64,000 nt of DNA, from NCBI GenBank assembly GCA_963662665.2, contig CAXXJS010000028.1, positions 159,432 through 223,431 on the forward strand. Direction: 5' to 3'. This document shows, piece after piece, positions 1 through 9,646 of this stretch. Within the stretch, counting starts at the first letter, position 1, and each line of letters starts with the position of its first letter. The stretch comes from Candidatus Latescibacterota bacterium. Its GTDB lineage: Bacteria > Latescibacterota > UBA2968 > GCA-2709665. Under the pieces are notes generated by a model. That model had not been told where the DNA came from and searched no databases. It saw only the letters and a list, made by a program, of their open reading frames with translations. A program made the position numbers and the translations under genes.

Positions 1-700
1 GTCGAAGCGAACGGCACTGATTACAGGCGCATCTCGGGGATTGGGATTTGCACTCGCGCGTGAACTCGCACGCCGGGGATGGCGATTGGTCATAAACGCA
101 AGAGATTCGGAGGCACTGGAAGCCGCACGGGAAGAACTGGCAAAATGGACGGACGTTATCGCCGTTCCGGGAGATGTCACGGAGGCCGAACATCGTCTGG
201 AGCTTTCTTGGGCCGCGCAAGGAGCCGGAGGGCTGGATGCCGTGATCAACAATGCCGGCATGCTTGGCCCGAGTCCACAGCCTGAATTGCTGGATTATCC
301 ACCCGACGTCCTGGAAGACGTGTATCGCGCCAATGTAGTTGCGCCTCTGGGTGTGCTGCAGGCGGTTCAACAGGCGCTGAAGCCTGGCGCATGCGTGATC
401 AACGTGACAAGCGACGCAGCCCGCGAGGCGTACGAGGGCTGGGGCGGATACGGTTCTTCAAAAGCGGCGCTTGAACAGCTTTCAAACGTGCTCGCCGCAG
501 AACGTCCGGACTTGCGCGTGTACCGGGTGGATCCGGGCGATATGCGGACCCGGATGCATCAGGAGGCATTTCCCGGAGAGGATATCAGCGACCGCCCGTT
601 GCCTGAGACGAGCGTGGGGGGATTTATGGAACTGATGGAAGGTTCGTACGAGAGCGGGCGTTACGTAGCGCGGGAGTCATTCATTGCGACAGATAGCTGA
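1..700 (+). CDS. Short-chain dehydrogenase/reductase (5' end at window edge)
   Basis: The frame is open from base 2 (SKRTALITGASRGLG, a TGxxxGxG motif), with NNAG and YxxxK (YGSSK). The start ATG probably straddles base 1. Confidence 0.92.
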   Translation, partial: SKRTALITGASRGLGFALARELARRGWRLVINARDSEALEAAREELAKWTDVIAVPGDVTEAEHRLELSWAAQGAGGLDAVINNAGMLGPSPQPELLDYPPDVLEDVYRANVVAPLGVLQAVQQALKPGACVINVTSDAAREAYEGWGGYGSSKAALEQLSNVLAAERPDLRVYRVDPGDMRTRMHQEAFPGEDISDRPLPETSVGGFMELMEGSYESGRYVARESFIATDS

Positions 701-720
701 TTCTGTATAGGGGGTTCTAC

Positions 721-1827
721 ATGTCCAATCCAATGCCGAGTACCGTATCACCCATTACTATAGTGGACTCACGGCTTGATTCTCTGGTCTTTGATCTGCC
801 CTCGCGTCTTGAAGCAGGCGAGCCCCCGGAGGTACGTGGATTCGATCGAGACGAAGTCCGGTTGATGGTCTCGCGGCAAAGCGATGACTCAATCGAACAC
901 GTCGCTTTTCGGGATCTGCCCGGCGTGCTTCATGCGGGTGACGTGGTGGTGATCAATACCAGCGGTACCCGCAAAGCGTCGTTGCCTGTTTCCCGGTCCG
1001 ACGGTCTGGAATTGAGGCTGCATCTGTCAACACGATTGCCGGCCGAAACGTGGGCTGTTGAAGTGCGCACATCGGACGCCAAGGGGCCTTTCTTTCGGGC
1101 AAGTCCGGGCGAGGTGTTGGCGTTGCCCGGTGGCGGATCGGCGCATCTGCACGCGCCCTACAGGCCTGAACACCGCGCTGATCCTGACGCTGACGTTCGT
1201 TTATGGATGGCCACGTTGAAATTACCCTGCGGCGTTAACACTTACCTGGACGTTTACGGCGCGCCCATTCGGTATGGATACGTGCGGGATAACTGGCCGA
1301 TTGAGTACTATCAGAACGTATATGCGACAGAGACAGGGAGCGCTGAAATGCCATCGGCCGGGCGCGCATTCACACCCCGGGTCATCACGAATCTGGTTGC
1401 AGAGGGCGTTCAGATTGCGCCGCTGATCCTGCACACCGGTGTGGCGAGTCTTGAATCCGATGAACCGCCGTACGAAGAATATTACCGTGTTCCGGAACCA
1501 ACTGCACGCGTCATCAACAGCGCGCGCGAGAATTCTGGGCGGATCATCGCCGTTGGCACCACGGTAGTCCGGGCGCTTGAGACCGTTGCCGAAGAAGCGG
1601 GGTGGGTCTACCCGGGTCAAGGGTGGACAGACCTGGTGATTTCGCCGGAGCGGCCGATGCGGGTTGTAGACGGCCTGTTGACCGGCTTGCACGAACCGCG
1701 CGCCACACATCTGGCGATGTTGCAGGCATTGACCGGTCCGGATCATCTACGTGCGACCTATGAAGAGGCACTCAGCGAGGGATATCTGTGGCATGAATTC
1801 GGCGATCTGCAATTGATTTTGCCCTGA
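721..1827 (+). CDS. QueA-like SAM:tRNA ribosyltransferase-isomerase family protein (divergent subfamily)
   Basis: QueA-fold motifs (GDVVVINTS, YQNVYA, AVGTTVVRALE, FGD) are present, but canonical APTAGLHF reads MPSAGRAF. Confidence 0.85.
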   Translation: MSNPMPSTVSPITIVDSRLDSLVFDLPSRLEAGEPPEVRGFDRDEVRLMVSRQSDDSIEHVAFRDLPGVLHAGDVVVINTSGTRKASLPVSRSDGLELRLHLSTRLPAETWAVEVRTSDAKGPFFRASPGEVLALPGGGSAHLHAPYRPEHRADPDADVRLWMATLKLPCGVNTYLDVYGAPIRYGYVRDNWPIEYYQNVYATETGSAEMPSAGRAFTPRVITNLVAEGVQIAPLILHTGVASLESDEPPYEEYYRVPEPTARVINSARENSGRIIAVGTTVVRALETVAEEAGWVYPGQGWTDLVISPERPMRVVDGLLTGLHEPRATHLAMLQALTGPDHLRATYEEALSEGYLWHEFGDLQLILP

Positions 1828-1870
1828 ACAGGAGATATATTGGCAGAGCCTACTCGCAGAAAGAATCCAA

Positions 1871-3049
1871 ATGCTATCGAAAGAAACCATGCCGACTTCG
1901 ACCGACCAACTCGGACAGCGCAATCGCGAACTTACCGTTCTGAACGAGATTGCCCATGCATTGAACCAGTCTGTTGATCTCGATCAGGCCCTGGAAACAA
2001 CGCTTCGAAAGGTTGCCGCACTACTCGGCCTGAACACAAGCTGGATATGGCTCATGAACGAAGAGACCGGCGAGCCGTACCTTGCGGCTGAACACAACCT
2101 GCCGCCCGCGCTGCAGGACAATCCGGTCAGAATGGGTGGGTGGTGCTATTGTCTGGACACCTACCGGCGAGGAGATTTGAAGGGGGCGGCGAACGTGAAC
2201 GTTGTGACGTGCAGCCGTCTGAAGGGGCTTGTTGAAGGGACGGACGGTTTACGGTACCACGCGAGCATTCCGCTGTACGCGAAGGGGAAGAGAGTGGGAG
2301 TGATGAACGTGGCGAGCGGCGCGTGGCGCGAACTTTCGTCCGAGGACTTGCGCCTGCTCAACACCGTGGGCGATCTGACCGGCATCGCAATCGAACGGGC
2401 GCGTTTGTATGAACAGAGCGTAGAAACCGGGGTCGCGAACGAGCGTGTCCGACTCGCACGGGAAATTCACGATACCCTCGGTCAGAATCTGGCGGCGATT
2501 CTGATGCGGCTGGAAACGCTGGATGCGTTGATTGACGACGATGCGGACCGAAAAAAGCTGTCCGGGATTCTGGGCGGGGCAATGGCGATTGCTCGCGACA
2601 ATCTCGAGGAGGCGCGCCGTGCGGTACTGGACCTGCGGGCCGCGCCGCTCGAAAACCGTTCATTGCAAGGGGCATTGGAAGATTTGGGGAAGGCGATCGG
2701 ATCCGAGGCCGGTGTGGACGTTCGTATAGAATGTGTTGGCGGACGTCCTCTATCAGCCAGCGTCGAATCCGGTTTGTATCGCATGGCGCAGGAGGCGATG
2801 AACAACGTCGTTGAACACGCGGGCGCAGAGAAGGCCCACGTCAAACTGACGTCGACGCCCGATTACGTTGCGCTTGTCGTTGAAGACGATGGTTGCGGAT
2901 TCGACACGACAAACACCTTCCAGGGTCGTCACGGGCTCGCAGGAATGAGTGAACGGGCGCGCTTGTTGAGGGGATCAATGGTCATTGACAGCGCGCCGGG
3001 GCGCGGCACGCGATTGGAAATTCGTGTTCCTGCGCAGGAGAGGACATGA
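1871..3049 (+). CDS. Cytoplasmic GAF-domain sensor histidine kinase (HisKA_3), AirS/YhcY-like
   Basis: GAF domain with WCYC...VTCSRL, H-box RLAREIHD, N-box QEAMNNVVEHA, DDGCGF, GLAGMSERA. Confidence 0.93.
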   Translation: MLSKETMPTSTDQLGQRNRELTVLNEIAHALNQSVDLDQALETTLRKVAALLGLNTSWIWLMNEETGEPYLAAEHNLPPALQDNPVRMGGWCYCLDTYRRGDLKGAANVNVVTCSRLKGLVEGTDGLRYHASIPLYAKGKRVGVMNVASGAWRELSSEDLRLLNTVGDLTGIAIERARLYEQSVETGVANERVRLAREIHDTLGQNLAAILMRLETLDALIDDDADRKKLSGILGGAMAIARDNLEEARRAVLDLRAAPLENRSLQGALEDLGKAIGSEAGVDVRIECVGGRPLSASVESGLYRMAQEAMNNVVEHAGAEKAHVKLTSTPDYVALVVEDDGCGFDTTNTFQGRHGLAGMSERARLLRGSMVIDSAPGRGTRLEIRVPAQERT

Positions 3050-3666
3050 GCGCGCCGATTCGCATTCTGATTGTAGACGACCATCCCGTCATCCGGGATG
3101 GCCTCACTGCGATGTTGAATACACAGACCGATTTTGAGGTCGTAGGTGAAGCCGGCGACGGCGAGGACGCGATGCGGAAAATCGCCGATTGGGATCCCGA
3201 CGTGATCTTGCTGGACCTGGAGATGCCGGGCGTGGATGGGATTGAGACCCTTCAACGCTTGAAGGAAATGGACGTTCGGGCGCGGGTGATTGTTTTCACG
3301 GTCTTTGACACGGACGAACGCATTGTCTCAGCCATGCGCGCGGGTGCAATGGGCTATCTGCTCAAGGGCGCGCCAAGAGAGGACGTGTTTCGCGCTGTCA
3401 GGGTGGTCAATGAAGGAGGCTCGTTACTGGAACCGGCGGTTGCTTCGAGGTTTCTGGACAGCATCAACGATCCGGATGCGTTGACAGCGCGGCAAAGGGA
3501 AGTGCTGAAGCTGATTGCAACGGGTCTGTTAAACAAGGAAATCGCCGACCGGCTCTACATTTCCGAACGCACCGTCAAGTTCCACGTGAGCGAAATCCTC
3601 GCCAAACTCGGCGCGGGAAACCGTACCGAAGCAGTAGCAATCGCGACGGAGAAGGGATTGATATAA
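3046..3666 (+). CDS. NarL/LuxR-family response regulator
   Basis: Receiver domain (VDDHPV, LLDLEMP, GYLLK) plus LuxR HTH (LTARQREVL...TVKFHVSEILAKLG). Overlaps the kinase by ATGA. Confidence 0.95.
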   Translation: MSAPIRILIVDDHPVIRDGLTAMLNTQTDFEVVGEAGDGEDAMRKIADWDPDVILLDLEMPGVDGIETLQRLKEMDVRARVIVFTVFDTDERIVSAMRAGAMGYLLKGAPREDVFRAVRVVNEGGSLLEPAVASRFLDSINDPDALTARQREVLKLIATGLLNKEIADRLYISERTVKFHVSEILAKLGAGNRTEAVAIATEKGLI

Positions 3667-3741
3667 ACAACCGGTATTCAGCGCCCTGCGATCCGCATCG
3701 AAGGGTTGTCTTTCGGGAGCTGATATCCTCACGGATAGTAC

Positions 3742-4014
3742 TTGCTGGCCGACATGTACCAGATGTTCGTATACGGTAAGAAATACGGCTGCAGGAAGGT
3801 CGCGCTGGTCTATCCGAAGACGGACGAGTTTAATAAATCGTTACAATACGAATTCGACAAACAACTGTTATTGACCTGTTTTCCGTTTGATGTGACCAAA
3901 CCGGAGTGTGGCGTTAGAAAGATAATCGAAAATCTGAAAAACCGAGTTTGGTCGAATAAAGCGGAGAAAGAAAAAAAGAACCAGTGTGTTTCGATTTACG
4001 CTACAAGCGGTTGA
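3742..4014 (+). pseudogene. C-terminal remnant of an McrC-like restriction subunit
   Basis: ADMYQMFVYGKKY...VALVYPK resembles the McrC DxYQxxxY...LxYP motif. There is no N-terminal part and no mcrB. Confidence 0.6.
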
Positions 4015-4113
4015 TTTCTGATGGTAACTTGGTATTCTACACACAGTCTGACCGGAATCTATTTTCACGGGGTCGGTGACGGTTAATGCTTCCGATTGCA
4101 TTGGAGATGCTCG

Positions 4114-4401
4114 ATGATCAGAGGCGATAATCCGATTAAGAGATCTGATGATGATGTTATTGGTAGAGCAGTTGAAGCAAATAAGTTCGCTCGAAATGTA
4201 CTTGAACTTGATACCAGTGAGGGGGCAGTAGTCGGTGTCTTAGGTCCTTGGGGTTCCGGGAAAACTTCCTTTATAAACCTGGCCAGGGAGGAATTCGAGA
4301 AAGCAAGGGTTCCCATTCTCGATTTTAATCCGTGGATGTTCAGCGGTACAACCCAACTCATTCAGGCGTTTTTTATAGAACTTTCCGCACAACTTAAGCA
4401 G
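4114..4401 (+). pseudogene. KAP-family P-loop NTPase, N-terminal part (interrupted by IS21)
   Basis: DNPI...DVIGR, Walker A GPWGSGKTS and FNPWMFSG, with a GGAGA RBS. The fragment ends at the IS left end. Confidence 0.9.
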
Positions 4402-4510
4402 TGTTAGTGATCGGTCATATGGAGCCATTTGGGGATCGCCATAATGGCGCCACGTGAGGATCGCCGTAAAGGCGCCACGCGAGGATCGCCGTAATAGCGC
4501 CATGTGAGGT
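4402..4510 (+). repeat. Multiple ~25-bp subterminal repeats of the IS21 left end
   Basis: Tandem GATCGCC(G/A)TAAxxGCGCCAxGxGAG units, mirrored by TGGCGCCTTTAxxCCGATCA twice at ~6998-7041. Confidence 0.85.
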
Positions 4511-4604
4511 AACCGGAAAAGGGGTCTCGGGCATTCCGTTCATCGTTGTTTACCTTCTGACGACACAGTGGATAACTATTCGCACAAGTCAGGAGGGATA
4601 CAAG

Positions 4605-6179
4605 ATGTCAAACCGGAGGTTCGAGATGCACGAATACCGACACGTGATTGTCTGCATGCGGTTGGGACAGTCCGACCGCGCGATTGCCGAAGCCGGATTG
4701 ATGGGTCGCAAGAAAGTGGGTCAACTGCGCCGCCTTGCTGCTCGTCACGGTTTTCTGGACCTTTGCAAACCCGTGCCTGAGGAAGCCACGCTTGCGAAAG
4801 TGTTGGAGTTGGCTTCGACCCGTGCGGCTGTTTCCCTGGTGCTCCCGTATCGGGAGGAAGTCACCCGCTGGTGGCGACAGGGCATCCAGGGTACGACGAT
4901 CCACCAGGCGCTTGTTTGCAAGTACGGATTTTCCGGCAGTTACTCGTCCATCCGCCGTTTTCTGCAGGGGTTGGAACAGACCCATCCGCGGGTCACGACG
5001 GTTCTGGGTTTCTCTCCGGGCGATGTTGCGCAGGTGGACTTTGGCGCCGGTCCACGCATCCAGGACGTGCATACGGGCCAGGTCTGCTCGACCTGGGTCT
5101 TTGTCATGGTCTTGGCCTGGAGTCGTCACCAATACGCGGCGTTCGTCACCGACCAGAAGGTCGCGACGTGGTTGCTTTGCCACCGCCACGCCTTCGAGTT
5201 CTTCGCTGGTGTGCCCAAAAGGGTGATGATCGATAACCCCAAGAGCGCCATCACCCGCGCGTGTTATTACGATCCGGGCGTGCAGCGTGCTTACGCCGCC
5301 TGCGCCGAAGGCTATGGCTTTCTCATCTCACCGTGTCCCCCACGAGACCCCAAGAAGAAGGGACGCGTCGAGGCCGGCGTCAAATATGTGAAGAGAAACT
5401 TCCTGCCACTACGCGACTTCCGAAGCGTGGCCGACGCGAATGCACAACTTCGAGAATGGGTGCTCGCCATCGCCGGCAACCGCATCCACGGCACCACGCA
5501 GGAAAAGCCGCTGAACCGCTTTGCGCAAACCGAGCGTCATCTCCTCACGCCTTTGCCCGATATCCCCCCTGAAGAAGCGTCCTGGACCCCCGTCAAAGTA
5601 CACGGCGACTGCCACGTGCAGTTCGAAAAGTGCCGCTACAGTGTGCCTTTTAGCCTCGTGCGCCGCGACCTCTGGCTGCGGGCAGGACCAACCACGGTCC
5701 GGATCTACAAGGATCAACAACTGGTGGCCGCCCATTCCCGTCTGCACAATCCCGGCGCCCGTTCCACTGTGGATGACCATCTGCCACCCGACGCCAGGGC
5801 CTACAAGATGCGAGATCCGCAATGGTGCTTGAAACAGGCCAAACGCATCGGGCCGGCCTGCCGGGAGCTCATCGAGTGCCTCTTTGCAGACAGGGTCCTC
5901 GACAAGCTACGCGCGGCACAAGGGGTCATCAGGATGGAAAAACGCTATGGCCCCGCCCGCCTGGAAGCCGCCTGCGCCCGCGCATTGGCTTTCGACAGTC
6001 CCCTGTATCGCACCGTCAAAACCATCCTGGATCGGGGACTCGACCAGCAGCCCGACACACCAAACACGCCCGATAAGCTGCCTGACGTCTATAAAGGCGC
6101 TGGGCTTTTTTGCAGAGAGACAACCGATCTGTTCCATCACATAGACAACGCTGCCCATTCCAAGGAGACACGGCCATGA
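4605..6179 (+). CDS. istA: IS21 transposase
   Basis: AQVDFG, IDNPKSA and KGRVEAGVKYVK integrase-core DDE motifs. Confidence 0.95.
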   Translation: MSNRRFEMHEYRHVIVCMRLGQSDRAIAEAGLMGRKKVGQLRRLAARHGFLDLCKPVPEEATLAKVLELASTRAAVSLVLPYREEVTRWWRQGIQGTTIHQALVCKYGFSGSYSSIRRFLQGLEQTHPRVTTVLGFSPGDVAQVDFGAGPRIQDVHTGQVCSTWVFVMVLAWSRHQYAAFVTDQKVATWLLCHRHAFEFFAGVPKRVMIDNPKSAITRACYYDPGVQRAYAACAEGYGFLISPCPPRDPKKKGRVEAGVKYVKRNFLPLRDFRSVADANAQLREWVLAIAGNRIHGTTQEKPLNRFAQTERHLLTPLPDIPPEEASWTPVKVHGDCHVQFEKCRYSVPFSLVRRDLWLRAGPTTVRIYKDQQLVAAHSRLHNPGARSTVDDHLPPDARAYKMRDPQWCLKQAKRIGPACRELIECLFADRVLDKLRAAQGVIRMEKRYGPARLEAACARALAFDSPLYRTVKTILDRGLDQQPDTPNTPDKLPDVYKGAGLFCRETTDLFHHIDNAAHSKETRP

Positions 6180-6955
6180 ACCCCATGCCTGAGCTGGCGC
6201 CCTTGCTCAAACAACTGCGTTTGTCCGGCATCGTCGAATCCCTGCCGACAAGAAACCGCGAGGCCACCGAAAAACAGTTGTCCTATGCTGAGTTCCTCGC
6301 CTTACTCATCCAGGACGAAGTCGCAAGACGCGAACAGAAAAAGTTCGCCCTCAGAGTACGTCGCGCAGGCTTCAGAAACGAAAAAACCCTCGAAGGCTTT
6401 GACTTCTCCTTCAATCCCAAGATCAATCAGACGCAAATCCAGGAACTGGCGTCCTGCCACTTCATCCACGAGAAGGTCGCTGTCCTCATCGCCGGACCCT
6501 GCGGCACTGGCAAAAGCCACATCGCCCAGGCCTTAGGTCACTGCGCCGTCCGCAACGGCTACGATGTGCTCTTCTACACACAAACCAAACTGTTGGGACA
6601 CCTGCACGCCGCCAGAGCCACCCATACCTTCGATCGCCGTTTCCACGCCCTGGCCAAGGTCCCCCTCCTCGTCATCGATGACTTCGGACTCCGACCCCTT
6701 AGCCCGCCGCACGAGGACGACTTCCATGACCTCATCGCCGAACGCTATGAACGCGCTGCCACTATCGTCACCTCCAACCTCGACTTCAACGAGTGGGGTA
6801 ACGCCTTCTCCAATCGACTCCTCGGCGCTGCAACACTCGACCGACTGCGACACGCCGCCTACCGCATCATCCTCGACGGTCACAGCTATCGGTCTCCGCG
6901 TCCCCTACGTACACCACACAAAATCACCCTTGCAAAGGAGGTCACTAAAACCTAA
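6176..6955 (+). CDS. istB: IS21 helper ATPase
   Basis: GPCGTGKSH, LLVIDDFG, TSN, ATLDRLRH, GHSYR. Overlaps istA by ATGA. Confidence 0.95.
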   Translation: MNPMPELAPLLKQLRLSGIVESLPTRNREATEKQLSYAEFLALLIQDEVARREQKKFALRVRRAGFRNEKTLEGFDFSFNPKINQTQIQELASCHFIHEKVAVLIAGPCGTGKSHIAQALGHCAVRNGYDVLFYTQTKLLGHLHAARATHTFDRRFHALAKVPLLVIDDFGLRPLSPPHEDDFHDLIAERYERAATIVTSNLDFNEWGNAFSNRLLGAATLDRLRHAAYRIILDGHSYRSPRPLRTPHKITLAKEVTKT

Positions 6956-7052
6956 TTACATGTCCCGTCTGAGACCCCCCTTTTGACCCTCGCTCACTGG
7001 CGCCTTTAAGCCGATCATGGGTGGCGCCTTTACACCGATCATTGACAAGCAG

Positions 7053-8819
7053 CGTACATCGTTTGCCAAAGTGGCTGAATCTCTTGGGAAATATGGCGAT
7101 GCATTTGCCGGTATGGGATGGATTCCGTTTGTCGGTACCTGGTTTGAGCGAATACGCGTATTGGCGAAGATTACACACAAGATCAGCGAAACTCAGAAAG
7201 ATGGAGTTCACGCGAGGCGAAGGAGACTCAAAAACCTCCTTAAGAAAGTCGACAAACCCATTTTGGTGGTACTTGACGACATTGACCGACTTTCGTCTCC
7301 TGAAATCCGAGACATATTCAAATTGGTACGGCTAACGGCCAACTTCCCCAATATTATCTATATTTTGGCATTTGACCGAACCCGAGTCGAAAACGCGCTT
7401 AGCGAAAATGGAATAAGCGGTCGCGCCTACCTGGAAAAAATCCTTCAGGTTGCATATGATTTGCCTGAAGTACCCGGTAATATACTCATAGAACAGATAT
7501 CCTGCGCCTTGCAAGACGCTATCGGAAACATCGAGAACGTCAGCCAGGTCGATGAGCAAGTTTGGCCAGATGTCTTCATGGATATCATTCGCCCACTCAT
7601 TCGGAACATGCGAGATGTACGGCGATACGTCGCAACCGTTCACGGCACCGTAAAATCCCTCAACGGGAAAATTGCGCTTGCCGACCTCTTGGCGCTCGAA
7701 GCAATTCGCATTTTCGTTCCAGATGTATTTAGGCTTTTGCACGGTGCCATTGAAGGTCTGACCGGATCCCAAGAGATCGACTCTCAAACTCCCAAACCTA
7801 AATCTTATTTACAGCGGCAAGTCGACGATCTGACTGAAGCAGCGGGTGATCACAGAAATGTAGTCGAGAACATGATTGCAAGAATCTTTCCGGCTGCCGG
7901 GGATTATGACTCGGGCGATGACCACCGAGCAGAATTGAGGAACGGGTGGCTTAGGAATCGACTCGTCGCTCATGCGGACATTCTGCGGTTTTACCTGGAA
8001 CGACTAGAAAGTGACAATCTGCAAGCCTTTGAAAAAGCAGAGGGGCTATGGAAACACATGGCTGATCGCGAAGCCTTCGATAAATGTCTGCGTTCTCTCC
8101 ATCCGAAACAACAGCAAGGCGTCGTTGCATCATTCGAGCTGTACGAGGATCAATTCCTACCAGAGTATGTAGTACCGGGTACGATCGTATTGCTCAACCT
8201 CTTGCCGCTTCCCGAACGAGATAATAGTGTGTTTGGTTTTTCTCCGACAATTACTATCACCCGTGTCGTACTTCGCCTCCTAAAGTGCCTCGATGACTCA
8301 GCTTCGATCGAAAATGCGGTTCGCCTGATTCTACCAGAATTGAGATCGCTGTCTTCGAAACTAGAACTTATCAGCATGGTTGGATACCAGGATGGAGTGG
8401 GTCATAAGCTGGTAATAGAAAAAACGGCATTGGAATTTGAGAAGGCTTGGCGTGAGGAAGTCAGATCATCGTCAGTTGCAGATCTCGCGACTGAGCACAA
8501 TCTCTTGGGCGTGCTTCTTCGTACGACACGCGCCGCAGGTCCGACGGAATGCCCGCTCAATATCGAGAACTCTCCAGAAATGACGTTGGCCGTACTCAGG
8601 GCTGCTAAAGATGAGATCATTGGCCAATATCTCGGAAGTAGGGCGATCCAACGCAAACCGCGATTACATTGGAAAGGTCTCATTGAACTGTACGGCGATG
8701 AGACGACGATAAAGGAGCGGGTTCAAAGTTTGAAGATCGCGAATCTCGAAGGTTCACGTGATCTTATCGCACTTGCTGAGAAATATCTAGGCGGATATCG
8801 AGATGAAGGATCACGTTAG
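7053..8819 (+). pseudogene. KAP-family P-loop NTPase, C-terminal part
   Basis: Walker B VVLDDIDRL, YLEKILQ, RNMRDVRR. In frame with 4114-4401 once the IS and one TSD are removed (...QLKQ|RTSFAK...), giving 684 aa. Confidence 0.9.
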
Positions 8820-8878
8820 TTACCATATGTAAAATGGTTACGATGTGACCAAGATAACTTTCGTCGAACAGGCAAACC

Positions 8879-8915
8879 ACAAAAGCCCACACCGTGAATG
8901 GCGCGGGCTTTTTTT
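8879..8915. terminator. Possible bidirectional intrinsic terminator
   Basis: AAAAGCCC...GGGCTTTTTT hairpin between convergent genes. Confidence 0.45.
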
Positions 8916-9116
8916 CGTGAGTGGAAACAGCGGTATTGGTTTTCGTTCAAACTCCGTTTGTGAATATTTAATGGTAATCGGTAAAGAGTCTGGCTCACGC
9001 AAGTCCGCACGACTCCTGGGCATCGACCAAATATAGGATACTGTTATCGGAATGTTCGGGAAACGCATGATGTATAAAAACGTGATTACATAGCGTGTCT
9101 CTCACTTACATCAACT

Positions 9117-9626
9117 TCAACGAGTACGCCTTGCCCTTCCGTTGCGCCGAATTGCGTCCGCGATAGGGCCAAGCCGAGACGGCCCCGAAAACATCCCCTC
9201 TTCAATAATTCTTCGGATTTCTCCGGGTTCCATCGATGCGATATATTTAAAAACTCTCGGAATGGAACTTGCTCTAGACTTGGACACAGGTGTGTCAATG
9301 CCATAGACCTGGCAAAAATTATCAATATCGCCAAATGTTGGCAGGAAATCTTTCCTTTCGAATTTTGTTGCAAGTTCAATTGTTACTTCCTCTTTGTCCT
9401 TATCAAGTTTCATTTTCTCAACATACTCAGGCGCACTTACCTTTGGCTTCTTTCTGGCAGGTCTTGTCAAACCGGCGCTTCGAGCCGGCGTTTCCCTACT
9501 TTTCGGACTCTTGACATGCAGCTCAGAATTGCGGATTTCCCGTAATGACCTTCCAACTTGCTCGAATCCAAACTGAAGAACCAACCCACGCAGCGTCTCT
9601 TTGAGATTAGAATTAGCATTGGTCAT
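9117..9626 (-). CDS. Hypothetical 169-aa protein, partner of the ParA-like ATPase
   Basis: ATG at 9626 follows a GGGGG RBS 20 bp below the ParA-like stop. Basic linker; no family recognised. Confidence 0.7.
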   Translation of the reverse strand: MTNANSNLKETLRGLVLQFGFEQVGRSLREIRNSELHVKSPKSRETPARSAGLTRPARKKPKVSAPEYVEKMKLDKDKEEVTIELATKFERKDFLPTFGDIDNFCQVYGIDTPVSKSRASSIPRVFKYIASMEPGEIRRIIEEGMFSGPSRLGPIADAIRRNGRARRTR

Positions 9627-9646
9627 AGCAATCGACCCCCTGGGAC

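Larger units (their letters stand above)
4402..7047 (+). mobile_element. IS21-family insertion sequence with 5-bp target duplication AGCAG
   Basis: TG...CA ends. Left end TGTTAGTGATCGGT matches the reverse complement of the right end TGTCAATGATCGGT. AGCAG occurs at 4397-4401 and 7048-7052. Carries istA/istB. Confidence 0.95.

Noticed and set aside
4434-4510. Three ~25-bp direct repeats resembling a mini-CRISPR or iterons
   Set aside because: No spacers. They match the inverted copies at the other IS end and are the usual IS21 subterminal repeats.
7017-8819. 600-aa ORF as an independent intact gene
   Set aside because: Its first codons come from the IS end and TSD, and Walker A lies on the other side of the IS.
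8816-9110. Possible att site or tRNA fragment at the end of the islet
   Set aside because: No recognisable tRNA 3' end, direct-repeat partner or integrase was found by eye.
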